The notes below the pieces were generated by a model. The model was not told where the DNA came from. It saw only the letters and a program-made list of their open reading frames with translations, and did not search any database. A DNA stretch of 64,000 nucleotides, filler included, from Sphacelaria rigidula (taxonomy: Eukaryota), in assembly GCA_964200075.2 (NCBI GenBank). It is 7 parts of 7 records of this genome, joined end to end, with 100 filler letters (N's around TTAATTAATTAA, not from the genome) between each part and the next. Parts side by side here need not be neighbours in the genome. Positions count along the whole stretch, not along the records: positions 18,338 to 27,405 come from CAXNAA020009379.1; positions 27,506 to 36,573 come from CAXNAA020009380.1; positions 36,674 to 45,741 come from CAXNAA020009381.1; 4 more parts are not named here. One strand, written 5' to 3'. A program made the translations under genes and the position numbers. Of this stretch, positions 26,212-39,039 are shown piece after piece. Position 1 is the stretch's first letter. The number at the start of each line of letters is the position of its first letter.

Positions 26212-27684
26212 CTGTTTATGTACATGTATATTTGTGCGTGCATGTATGAATGCAGTCCGAAAGAGGAACCATGAACCCGACAAAGGTTGAAGCCGCCTCA
26301 GTTCAGCACTGTCATGTTCCTGCATATATTGGGGGGTAAGATAGGTCGGATGCTTAGCCGCCATGTGGTTATCTTTTCCCAGTCCTATTTTTCGCGATTT
26401 TTAGTATGAATGTAGCACTCAAGTTTGTTGCTTCTTATTTTTTCAGTGCTCCAAGCTGCCCTGTTCTGTCCCGTTCGTTTGCTGCCTCTTCTCTTTGGTT
26501 AGTCCCATTGTCCTGATGACGTTTTCCTTTTCATGCTTTGACTCTTCCACTCACCCATTATTTACGCCTCTTTTTGCCAACTTGGTCAACACCTTATGCC
26601 TAGCAGCACTATCTTGAGATGGCTGATCCCAACCTGCTTTCACGGCCGTTATTTTTGCATGGTCTTCTTTACGAAGCCCTGGTAGCGGCTCATCAGTGGT
26701 TTCTCGGGGCGGTGCTAGTTCCTAGCCTAACGCCGATGTCGTGTTTTTCGCCTTGTCTCAATTACTTTACCCTTCATTTTAGGCCATCTCTCTCTACTTT
26801 TCTTTCGTTAGTACCCCCGTCTATATGTTTTGCGTACGCCTATCCCGTCACCACGGGCGGATCTACGTCGAATTATTCAATGTGCGAGAGTCAACCAATC
26901 AATGAGCCAATTATTCAATCAAGTACACGACCAGAGAAATCGGACAGCGCCTCTGCGGTCGCAGATTGCTTAATTTCTGTGGCGAGCGATATATCCGTTG
27001 AGGTATGGCAAAAATATCATGCTTCCGTACGATGCCATGTGCTTTCTTACCACGAATGCGCAGCTTGGATCGATTGGAATACGTGAGGGCAAAGAGCAGC
27101 ACGTGTGAGGTGCAGAGCGGCCTGTCGAGGATTTCGACGTAGTTGATCGTCGTAGAGTCGAAGTGCATCGTCCGTCCTGCCTTGGCTCTGAAGCATATTC
27201 CCCAGTGCACGAACTATACGTAGTACAGGCAGTAAACAGCGTCATCAAGTGGATGCGTGTTGTTATTCGTGTTTCAACTCCTGAGAAGCATCACGACTGG
27301 TAATTTCAATGCCAAGAAAAAAGAAGAGAGGAGTGACTGCTGCCGAGATAGCCCCCCACCCCCCCCCCCCCCCCCCCCCCCCCCCCACCCCCCCCCCACC
27401 CCAGANNNNNNNNNNNNNNNNNNNNNNNNNNNNNNNNNNNNNNNNNNNNTTAATTAATTAANNNNNNNNNNNNNNNNNNNNNNNNNNNNNNNNNNNNNNN
27501 NNNNNATATAAATAAAAATAGAATAAATAATATAAGATCCTTTTAGAAAAAAAAAAAAAAAAAAAAAATTTATATATAAAAAAAAAAAAAAAAAAAAAAA
27601 CAGAGATATACCAGGCTTTTACTACATGTGACGAGATGAAAGAGACAAAAAAAAACGACAAGAAATGGTGCCGTTGGTTCTTAC

Positions 27685-28064
27685 TGTCCGAAAAAAAGCC
27701 GTGCAAAAGCGTTGTCGAGACTCCCCTTTGAAGCGATCACCGAACACGGAAGAAAAGGCACGAAAAAAATACCATCATCAAAAAGTTCACAAAAAAACGA
27801 AGGCCTGAAAAACACGGCGAGGGCCAACGCTGCCAAGAAGCTGGAGAGGCCTTCTAGTGTCACCTTTGGTAAAGGCGGCTGAGATCGAGCCCGATCAGCA
27901 AGGGCTGGGGTAGCCCCAATCAGCAGCGCCAGAAAATAGCAGGCGCCGAAGAGAGCCGATGACGATTTTAACCCTCCTCGTTCGCCGTTACCCTCTGCTT
28001 TAGCTCCTGCTGTGACGACCGTAAAGTGCCGTCTGGATCGTCTGCGGGTGCGCAGCAGCGCCAT
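27685..28064 (-). CDS. Possible first exon of a secreted or membrane protein
   Basis: ATG at 28064 gives MALLRTRRRSRRH...SALFGACYFLALLIGATPALA, which is signal-anchor-like. A gtaag donor lies near 27684. It sits at a low-quality contig end and no homology was recognised. Confidence 0.3.
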
Positions 28065-28382
28065 CAACCGCTCGCCGCAAACCAGCCCCTGGTTGATATC
28101 GTGAAAAGGTGCGCGCCGATGTGGTTCGTGGTTCTCCTCACCAGGTCGATTGTTTGTGGTCCTTAGTACAATATGTGCGGAGGGACAGACGGGGCCTAGA
28201 CCGCAAATGACAGAAGTCCAAGGAGTTTTGAGCAATGAAATATTTGTCATCACGAGGCAAGGGGATTCGAAGATGTGGGTACGCTTTGTGAGCTTCGCCG
28301 GGATGAAAAAATCGACCCACAGTAATACTTTGGATTGTGAATCATAAATCGGAAAAAAGCGGCCTACGGGAACAACTGCGCG

Positions 28383-28581
28383 TGTAATGCGTGGGAGGAC
28401 CGCGTGATTATTGGACCGCATCGGAGTTCAAAACACGCCGGGACCGACGTATTTCAAGACCGCTCGGGCCAGTCCGTGTAGGGACCGCGCCCCCGACCCT
28501 AGCCCCAACCCTAGCCGTGAACATGGGGGTGTTTACACTCCGATGCGGCCCGAAAAGCACGCGGTCCTCCCACGCATCACA
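28383..28581. mobile_element. About 200-bp MITE (TIR TGTAATGCGTGGGAGGACCGCGTG)
   Basis: 24-bp TIR with 1 mismatch. A second copy in the opposite orientation lies at about 34830-35032. Confidence 0.8.
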
Positions 28582-31500
28582 GCGCGGATGAGACTGTGAC
28601 AAAACCCTCGAGTTCACCCACGGTCGGGTGTCCATCTGTCACCAAACGGTCTGGAAAACAGTCATATCTACTGTGGATGACTCGCGGTTTCGAAAATAAC
28701 AGATCCCCGAGGCCCGAGAGCGTACGTCGCATGCTGGTACCGGTATTCCCGATAAATGGACAGTCCACTCACATTCGACAAGAAGGACGGGCACATCGAC
28801 TTTTTCAAACACAGAAGACGCAAGACACTCCGGATAGGCCCGATAAATGGTCTGGCGCGCATGACATCCCACTCAAAACCCCCTCATGATGCCAACTACT
28901 CTCCCCGCCTCTCGTCCCCGCACCCCGCCCACCTTCTTGCTTCCCACAAATCACGAAAAGAAACTGCCGATATATTTCGACAAAAATGTTCGAGTATCCA
29001 AACACCACAAAAACCACAACTTGTGCGCATTGTTGTCTGGGAAAAAACGTCGCATCATACAAACGGCTGCATCTCAACCCGCCAAACCACGATGAACGTG
29101 ATATCTCCACGGTGGGACAACCGTATATACAGCAAGTCAACACACAACGGCAAAAAGTTATTGGCACACGGACGCACGACGGACTAGCCAAAACGGTTGA
29201 CACGGCCCCTGCCTGAGCCGTCGCTCGTGTTTCACAAGAACATGTGGGGAGATTTCCCCGCCTCCGTCTGCTCGTGCAGCCCCCAAGCAACACTTGCCTC
29301 GGCGTCGAAAGTGATGGCATTTTTCCTCCTTTGCAGGGGCGTGTCTATCTTGAAGTGGGGTATGAACCCTTCGACCACCGGAGGTGATCAATCCGTGAAT
29401 CGGCATCATTTTCCTATCTTCAAGTCAAATTGAAAGTTATACCGATTCACACATGGAACCATCTCCGGTGGTCTCCCATGCCTTCCGCCACTGTACGGTG
29501 CTTCAGACGGAAACCTCGAACACCTCCTGACCGTTAGGTCTATGGTTGGATCCTCGGTGAAGTCATACGAAGTGGGTTAATTTTTCAGCACTATATGCTC
29601 AACAGTCAGTGAAAAATATCTCTCGAAGATTCAACATACTGTAATTCGATTCAATCACCACACTCACACCGACGAGGGGGAAAGGGGGGGCTGAGACTTT
29701 CGCAAGGTCACAGTTAAGCCAAGCACCGCAGAAGGAACATGCGGGAAAATTAAATAACGTGTGACCTTCCTCCTCTGTGACCCCAGCTGGTGCGGCCACA
29801 TACACCAGGAGGAGTAGGGATCCAGGATAAATGGGATGAGACACACCATGTGCATGTCCTCAACTGTCGCCTATCAATCAGCTAGTGCACACCGCTGGAC
29901 TGTTACAACACATCGCAATCCTATATTCAGAACCGATCTTGTATTGTAGGGACGTCATGCTCCGGCAGCCAGCGGTGGGTGAAATGTTTTACACCTGGGG
30001 CTTGCCAGGGGGCGTGCCAAGGCGCTTCAGTCACAGGCGCGTCAATGACCCACGTACGTGTACCAATATGTTCCGAAAAAGCGAGTAGCTCGATTGGAGC
30101 GCCAGTGACCCGCGGGGGCTATCATCCCTTCTGCTGGTGACAGATGCGTGCTGTCTGCCAAACACCTGATCTTCTAAATTGCAACCTCTGCTGCTTGCCA
30201 CGTAGTACAAATCCCGCGTCATACTCCAAAAATTGATGGGAGAGTGCTTTGGCGGCCAGGGTCGAGAGAACCCAGTCGGTCAATAGTGGGAGATACCTGA
30301 CTAGTTCAATTACTGTAGTCTGCGGTAGTATCTGTAGTCATCATGAAGAAGCCACTCGTACTCGTAGTACATGTTTTCTTTTTATTTTCCCCTCTCGCCG
30401 CAAGTACCGTACTCCAGTGCAAGGAGAGATTATTATATTCTTGACCTGCCACTAGTGCTCGGGGCTCAGTGGCTTCACAGTGTCATCATTTAACGACCAA
30501 CCAAGCGTCAGTCCGTACTGTATGACTGCTTTGGAGTGAGTGCGCTCGTCGCTGAAGCTGAGTTTGCATGTTTATATCTATTTTGAAAATGTCAGACTCA
30601 GTTTCATCTGAAGAGCTTTCTTGTGGGAGGGCGGGTACTTTCGTTGCAGAGGTGGGTTAACCCTTGAACCGCGGTGTGGGTATTCCATCTGGATCACCTC
30701 CACTTTTTTCAAGTGAATGTTGATGCCGATTCAGCAGGTGACCTACGCTCGCGGTCAAGGGGTCAATGAAGTGGAGTTGGCTCACGTTTTATCTATGGTG
30801 GAAACATTATACAACTATCGCCAACCCTAACCCTTACCCCAACCCAACGCGTACCGAGATCCCTCGGGCAAGGGAGATGCATAGGGTTCCTTCCGCGAAG
30901 TGTGGCATTGGTAGACCTACCTCAAATCGACGCCATGGGCGCCGATTTTTACGAAATGCGGTATTCAGCGCCTTTACGACAACTTCAAATTTAGCCGCTT
31001 TTCACCAGCAGGTCGGTCTTCAAGCATCATCCACGTGCGCGTCGAAAAATTCAGGAAGCTTTCACACAAACACATGCTGAGAACTATGGTATATACGGGC
31101 GCCAGGATACCAGCATTTTGTGACCCGACACTCATCATGAGGTGATGTTTAGGGCGGGGGAGGGGGGGGGATACACCAGGCCAACGCGGCACATCGATAT
31201 AGTCCAGTACTACTGTGCGATAGGGTTCCAAAAAAGGCCACAACTCGCCGCTCGGAGTGACGTTGACAAGGGGTACTATAACGATATCACGCAAAAGTAA
31301 TCGGCACACGGCGTTCTACATCCTGGTGCAATACAGAAAACAGTTGTAGTGTAGAATAGGTTTTGAATGCTATGCCTGGCACAAAGCAGTGCAAAGGCAG
31401 TACGACTGTTGGGAGCGGATGAACTTTAATGGCTTGTGCAGAGGCCCCACGCGGAAAGAGATCCTACTGTACTTGGGTGTCGGGCTTTACCCCAGTTCCT

Positions 31501-34500
31501 GTCCGCTCGCTAGAACAGTTACCCTAACCCATGACCGCGCTCCGGTCGGATGCTGGCCTCGCCCTTACACCCCCTTCCCCCTTGCAACCATCCTTTCGAA
31601 ATACTTGTAGGCAAATTCGGTCGGCAGTATGCGCTGTCGCTGCCGTATTTCATGGTGGGCGATATCCTCTCATATGTGTAACAACAGTGCAAACAATGAG
31701 TTTCAGATGCTTGAAGAAAGATAGTGTCGGACGCCAAGGGGAAATGTTTACTACGATGGATGTGCTTCAACAAGTTGCTCGCGGGCAATAGTCAAGAAAC
31801 AGTGTTTCGGTAGCGAGGTCAATTGTGAGGGATATCAGTCGCCTGCAATCCGACGCAAGAACTCAAAGATGATCTGGGGATGTATGTAGATGATGGGTTG
31901 ACATCACTACTGTTGTACAATGTATTCATCACAACAGGAAAGGGGGTGGAGACGAGAGTGCAGTAGGAGTATAATAGTGAAGAGAGAGGGTGCTCAAATG
32001 ACAGGGGTGTTTCCGTTCAACTTTGGATCGTCACGATGGATCATCCACCGGATTGACATCATCTCCCCACGAAAAATGACTGCATAGCTCAGACGAATGA
32101 CTCATCCTTTACGGGTCAAGGATTAACCGCTTGTCGCGCTCTTCACCTACTGCTCTGGCGAACGAGGTCAGGTGGGGGCACAGATCGTCACCTCTGTAGG
32201 GCAAAATAATCCCATTTTCAGTCAAATTTTGATGCCTCTTTGACCGCCTTTCCGTAGGCCCCAACGGGTCACCGGGTCACATGTACACATGCACATGCAT
32301 ACAAACGAAGGCGCGGGAGGAGGGCATTGGAGAACATCTCGCTACTGTTGTCCTGCAGGACAATTTTCTCTCATAATGGACGCAATCGACCATCAACTAC
32401 TGTAATCGGATATGATGCTCATCCATTCTTCGATGCAGTTTGTACTTCGAACAGGTTATGAGCAGCAGCTTTTGCAACACGTGAAAACATCAAAATGCTT
32501 CGTGGGATCCGGCTGGGTGACAGATGTGTGTGCCCCACACAACATCTGATCGAAATTCGAAATGTGGAATTGCCGAGACTAAAGTCGTGGCGTCCACAGT
32601 CAGTACAGCGGCCGCACAGACCTCCGATCTGGAGCACAGACAGACACACGGTGACGTGGTTGCAGGTAGCATACTTTTGAACTACAGCCACTCGACCTGC
32701 ATTCTTGAAATGTTTGTACTCATCGGATGGCTGCGGAGACGCAGGCCTAAAGTGCCCGTACAGCTGGATGCGTGCACTGACTGTATAAACAGAGGTCGCG
32801 GCCATAGCCGTTATTTTTCAGTGTTTTTAACAGCTGCAAAGAATGAGTAGAGAGGACTGGCATTCTATCCACTAGACTCATTTCGTGGGGTCCATTTCTT
32901 CCAAACTAACATTCATCAAAAAAAACTTGCACTTACGACAGGACACACCGCAGGAATACACACACCCAAACCGTCATGAAATAGTACTGTAAGGTACCAT
33001 ACCATGGAGCACGAACACTTCCAGCGCCGACAGTGGGGGAAATCGGTACTCTACAGTCAGAATGATTTCTGTTGTCACTGACCTGAAGCGTACGTGGTGT
33101 ATACATGTGATGTAATTAGCGGATCAGCCAAGGATACAGTTAGCGTATCAGTCAAGGATCGGCCCGTACGAAACATGGCGTGCCTTTCGAAACGAGGCAA
33201 CCATTTAGTATGTTTTCGCGCAAAACAAAAGGTGCAACGGAAACTAAACACGGGTCGCTTTCGCTTCCCTCCACTAGATCGAAGGGCTGCACCCGCAGTA
33301 CAGTACAGTCAGTACTGTCGTGAGGGTAGACCCACAATCCGACTTTCAAAAATATCATAATAGCAGGTACAATCTGCAGTCTCAATTTTTTCCGGGTTCC
33401 CGTGGGCATAGTGATACAAGAGGGACATTTTGCACGAAACAATCTGTGATATTAGGTGAGATGGAAAATCCAAACGCTGGTCGCGGAAAGCCCTTCGAGA
33501 CGCCTTTTGTTGGGAGGACTTGGCTAGCTTCCACCGTATAATAAGCATCACCTGTGGTGTCTGTGGAGGTTGTTGCCACCATCCTCTGGAGAAATAGGAG
33601 GGGGTAAAGGCTGAATATGTTTGTTGTGCATGGTCTCAACTCAACGTGTGACTCAATGAAGAAAGACCGCAGTCACCCAGCACCCAAGGAGAGAAAGTAA
33701 CACCACGAAACCTCGGGTGCGCTCACTACCGCAACGTGGGAACCCACCTTGCGAATAATCAGACAGGCTAGGGCTGAGCTGGCTTGCCACCCTTTCTCTT
33801 AGGTCCTTTCTCTGCGATGCCCTGCTTGCAATCAAGCCCTCTCCACCTGTATCGAGTATTGACGTGTTGAAGGACGGTGGACTGCACTCTATAGGGGCGT
33901 TAGGGAGTATGACCCACTGTCTAGCACACACGTCCGAGTTTTCTTGGAACACGGATCTTTGTCACCTGGGCGCAAGTGTGGTGCTTGGCGCGTGCTTCTT
34001 TTCGGAATACTATGGTTGGTATCTTGTATCTTGTGTTCATCTCTTTGCGCTCGTGCGCACCTGGTGCTGGTAGTTCCATCCGATCCAGAAAACAAGAGAG
34101 GTGTGACATCGACACCTGATCATGGTCTGATCGAGGCTGGATAGCGTTGACATGTGGATGTTGCTCACAAAATTCAACCGCCGCCATCACCATCCCCATA
34201 CCCTCTTTTCACCATGTCCCACAGCGAGACAAAGACGCCCTCGTGTCGTTTCCCTCGATGCCCTGTTACCTGAACTCTATATATTAGCCGGCGCACTCAG
34301 CTGACAGTTTTTGCGCAGTGTAGTACCGTAGAACAGACAAGACGGTAGAGTCTGGCTGTTCGGGAGCAGATTTTTTACAAATTACTCAAGACCGGATGAG
34401 GACGTGACCTTTGCAGAAGATCGATTCCTCAGAAGGAAGCGTCTGATGTGCCGCCGCCGAGGGTCACGACCACGGCATTCTAAAGCGCCACATAAACGTA

Positions 34501-34829
34501 TTTCGAGCACTCTCTTGGGGTTCATGACATCGAACAAAAAATCACAGATGCTGACACACACTTTGAACGTACATGTACATTTGCACCGGCACTAGGGGAC
34601 GACAGCAAGCTATCTCGTTCCTGCCGCTACGGGTCATCTGGCTATAGCTTCTGTAGTGGAGAATGCAGGACCCTGCGATATTTCCCCCTGCTCCAAATAA
34701 ATTGATGTTTCGAGCCCATCTTCATCTCCTTCGAACAGTCACAGACATTAGTTCAGGTTCGAAAAAAAAATTAACGTCCATTGCCGGTACTCACAAGAAT
34801 AATAGATAAGCAACTACGGAGGAGGGGGT

Positions 34830-35032
34830 GTAGTGTAGTGGGATGACTGCGTGCTTAGGGGATCGCATCGGAGTTTAGACACCCCTATGGCTAGGGTTAG
34901 TGTTAGTGTTGGGGTTAGGATCAGGGGCGTGGTCCCTGTAGGGACTGGCCCGACTGGTTTTGCAAAACGTCGATCCTGGGGTGTTTTGAACTACGACGGT
35001 CCTCGAAGCACGCGGTCCTCCCACGCATTACA
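34830..35032. mobile_element. Second copy of the 28383 MITE family
   Basis: Ends with CACGCGGTCCTCCCACGCATTACAG. The interior is a reverse-complement homolog of 28410-28550. Confidence 0.75.
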
Positions 35033-35228
35033 GGGGCACGGGCGACCAAGCATATTTTGGGAAACGCGGAGGTATACACCGCGGCTACTCAGACACCAAC
35101 AGAGTTAGCAAGTACCATGGATGTACGCACATGTTCCAGGTGAAAGTGGCACCCATACTTCTCCAAAGTACTCAGCTTGATGACACCTTCGTAAGGGCCC
35201 TCAAATAATTTTACCGAGGCCAACACGA

Positions 35229-35328
35229 GTGGCCACTGGGGTGCCTGCAACCTCAAATTTGGACGCTGTAGACCTTGTGCAACGTCTGTAACGTCGAAAT
35301 TTGAGGTTGCAGGCACCCCAGTGGCCAC
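35229..35328 (+). ncRNA. Candidate miRNA-precursor-like hairpin
   Basis: Perfect 32-bp inverted repeat (35229-35260 / 35297-35328), extendable inward to a stem of about 48 bp with G-U pairs and a 4-nt loop. Confidence 0.4.
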
Positions 35329-36915
35329 AGCTCGAGCTGTCCTTATTGCCTATTATAGTGGTGGAAGATCAAAACGTGTTTTCACATCGATGTAGCGGAC
35401 TGCCGAACAGAAACAAACGTTTTGGAGCACACGTGGTTGGTATGATACAACAATATACAGTATTATCAATATCCGCGAACCGCAACACTTTTGCGGAGAA
35501 ACTTGGGACAAACAAAAACAGGGCGTTCGGTCTGCACACCCTCGTGATCAGCAATGTGGAAGGTAATATATACCATGTCATGGTGTGCCAAGTGTTCGAC
35601 ATCTTTGATATGGCACGATCATGTAGGAACTTGGCATTTAGGATATACATATATATATATATACATACATATATGTGGCCAGCGACCTGGTGAAGCCTTT
35701 CACCGCCCAGGAGTCTGCCTGCTAAAGCATCATTCTGATATGAAAAACAACAACGAATTCGAGTGTCCATCTTGGGCCGTACGGAGGGTCAACCCTTTGC
35801 CGTCAGCGTGGGATATCTGAAAGTGACATCAGATCAACAGATTACTCACCCCGCGATCAAAGGTTTGAGCGCCGGGGCAGTTATCCTGGGTCACGCAGTA
35901 ATTTTTCAAGTGAGACTGAACCGGATTCAACAGATAATTAATATCATACCGCCATTGCACGGTGGATGTGTCTGCCACGTACAGTATAATAGTATCAGTC
36001 AGAGTATTGAGGTAGCGTCGCCTTGGCAGAGGTGAGGGATCCTTGATGAAAAATTGGCATAGTAAGGATGAGGCATTAAATCGGCAGCGCCATCCACGTG
36101 CCACCGTCTCCACCGACAAATTCAGATTGCAGCTTTGCTTACGCTGTGCATGTCTGCACCTCGAGTAGGAGGTGAGGGCACCTGGAAACCGTCACAGGCG
36201 GCCGATGCACAGCTCCAAACGCGCACATTACATTTTTTGCCTCCTCCAGCCACTGATTAGTTGGCAGACTCGAGCTTCGGCGTCAGAATAAATCAACGAA
36301 CATCACAACACTATCAACGGCAGCTCCCGCAGCAGGGAGGGTTACCAGGAGTTGATATGTTGAGCCCCTATGCCCTACGAACCCTTGGGGGGAGAATATC
36401 TTCAAAGAAAAAAACACGTTCGTTCATTTATAATAGTTGGAGAGTCATCCTACGGTAGGCGCGCGGGCGCGCGCGCCGGCCGGGGGGGGGGGGGGGGGGA
36501 GCGTTTTGGGGCTAGTCTACCAGGAAAACAGGGAAAAAAAGAATTTGTTGACACCCGCTTTATTAACAGAAAANNNNNNNNNNNNNNNNNNNNNNNNNNN
36601 NNNNNNNNNNNNNNNNNTTAATTAATTAANNNNNNNNNNNNNNNNNNNNNNNNNNNNNNNNNNNNNNNNNNNNAGTGTGGCACGCAGGCTAGATGATGGC
36701 CCCGGGTGTATAAATCCCCTGGATTTTTTCGTAGACTATAAGGTGGGGTTCTGAAAACTGATTTCTCTGGAGAAAGTCTCTGAGAAAAGTCATTTTGGAC
36801 GACTTTTCTCAGAGACTTTTTTTCAGTCTATAAGAAGCGGCCTTAAAGTGGAAATGATGCAGGTTCGATTCCTGCCAGAAGCTTTCGGGGCTTTTTTCTT
36901 GTTTCCAAACGTCTT

Positions 36916-38162
36916 CAAGGGTAGGCCGAGTAGATTATGTACTTTTGAGTACTCGAGTAAAATACTCGAGTATTTTCTCTACTCGACGTTTGAGTAGGTC
37001 GAGTACGACCTCAAATACTCTGCTCAAATTTTGAGTAGGTTGAGTACGGCCTCCAATACTCTACTCAAATTTTGAGCAAGCCCTCTCAGTAATACTTGAG
37101 TATAGAGTATCACTTGAGTATGACCTCAATACTCTACTCAAATTTTGAGTACGTCGAGTACGGCCTCAAATACTCTACTCAAATTTTGAGTAGGTTGAGT
37201 ATGGTCTCAAATACTCTACTCCAATTTTGAGTAGATCGAGTACGACCTCAAACACTCTAACTCAATTTTTTAGTAAGCACTCTCAGTAATACTTGAGTAT
37301 AGAGTACCCATTGGGTATGGTGAGTATCCCAGTCGGGGACGTCGTGACGTCACTTCACAGACTATGCTGACTACATGGGCGAACGATCGCCATCAAGTAG
37401 ATGGGCGGCGTTACATCACAGCCCACAAGGAGTATGAGCGAATGATGGCCATAAAATAAAAATAAAACGCGCAGGGCCTTTCGGCAATAACCCAACACTC
37501 ATTCTACCTTAGTTTTGTACCGTTTGGTTCTGATCCGAATGTTTGCTGAACTTTGACCTTGAATCAAAACTCATCATAGGTGGGTAACTTTGGGAATACC
37601 TCGGTATTTCCTCTACCCGAGTTTGAGTATCGTGCGTACGGACTTGAATATTGAAGTTGAAGTTATAGGTTTTCGGTACATCAGATACTCTACTCAAATT
37701 TTGAGGAGGTCGAGTTCGGCCTCAAATACTTTACTCAAATCTTGAGTAGGTTGAGTATGGCCTCCACTACTCTACTCAAACTTTGAGTACATCGAGTACG
37801 ACCTCCAATACTCTACTCGAATATTGAGTAAGCACTCTCAGTAATACTTGAGTATAGAGTAATACTTGAGTATGACCTCAATACTCTACTCAAAGTTTGA
37901 GTAGGTCGAGTACGGTCTCAAATACTCTACTCAAATTTTGAGTAAGTACTCTCAGTAATACTTGAGTATAGAGTATCACTTGAGTATGACCTCAATACTC
38001 TACTCAAAGTTTGAGTAGATCGAGCACGGCCTCAAATACTCTGCTCAAATTTTGAGTAAGTTGAGTATGGTCTAAAAAATACTCTACTCAAATTTTGAGT
38101 ACGAAAAGTATGACTCTTCAAAAATACCGAGTATTGAGTATACTCTACTCGACCTACCCTTA
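36916..38162. mobile_element. Non-autonomous TIR transposon (hAT-like) with modular palindromic subterminal arrays
   Basis: TIRs AAGGGTAGGCCGAGTAGA and TCTACTCGACCTACCCTT match at 17/18. The direct repeat AAACGTCTTC occurs at 36907-36916 and 38162-38171. It reads as an 8-bp TSD AACGTCTT if the ends are CAAGG/TAAGG (hAT YARNG consensus), or as a 10-bp TSD otherwise. Confidence 0.88.
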
Positions 38163-39039
38163 AACGTCTTCGAAATATTTGAGAACATGATAGCAAAAAT
38201 AGTTTGCTGAGTTTGTTTGACGAGAGTCAACGTGGTGCGGGGGAGTGCTGATGGTCATGATCCAATCCGCGAGACCAAAGCCGAGGCGTGTGCTGGGAGA
38301 GATATTGCTTCATCACTTGAGACATCCATCGGACTCGTTCCGAGGAAGGGGAGGGATCGAAAGTGTGACAGAAAAAAAGAGGGAAAATAATAGTGCCAAT
38401 CGTAGATATCTCTGCAATGGTGGAACTAGCGCCCCGAATTGCATTCGACACGTACGTCATCTGTAGGTGCATGTGAGTTGCGCGTCGTGTATGTACTGTG
38501 GCAGTCAATGTCAAAATTCTACTGGCTCGATTGTCTTGAAGAAAAATGGGTGCTTCGTGCCGTATAGACTGTGGTGGGAGTTTCATCACTCTAACTGTTC
38601 CGGGTTGGTGGGAGCAAAAAGGTAGACGAAGCAGCGTTTTTGAGGTACAGGGTGGACAAAAATATCAATCAAGCATATCTGCAGGTATTCTGCGATTGAG
38701 ACCGGTCACATGGCCGTATTTAGGGCAGGCTGTAAACTATCCAAAGGGGGGTACCTGGAATCGCCCCGAAATATGCAGGTTTACCTAAACCTGACAAATT
38801 CCCAATTTAACTGGTGACACCTCCAAAACTCAAGCGAATGAAAACGGCGCAGCCGTTCAGGCGAGAAGACATCTACTCACGTAGTAAAACTGCGGGTATT
38901 AATTATCTCGAAAAACGAAAACAAACTGAACAAACAAGCAAACGTGTGACGTAATAATATATTCGTCCTCATGAGCAACGAGCAAAACGGCGTTGAACAA
39001 ACAGTGCAATCTTCATTGCCGTCGAACCAGACCACTTAC

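Noticed and set aside
27685..28064. First exon of the GT41 gene
   Set aside because: It lies on a different, unlinked contig beyond a spacer.
36950..38150. CRISPR array
   Set aside because: The inter-repeat sequences are themselves repeated, there are no cas genes, the context is eukaryotic, and the region is bounded by TIRs and a TSD.
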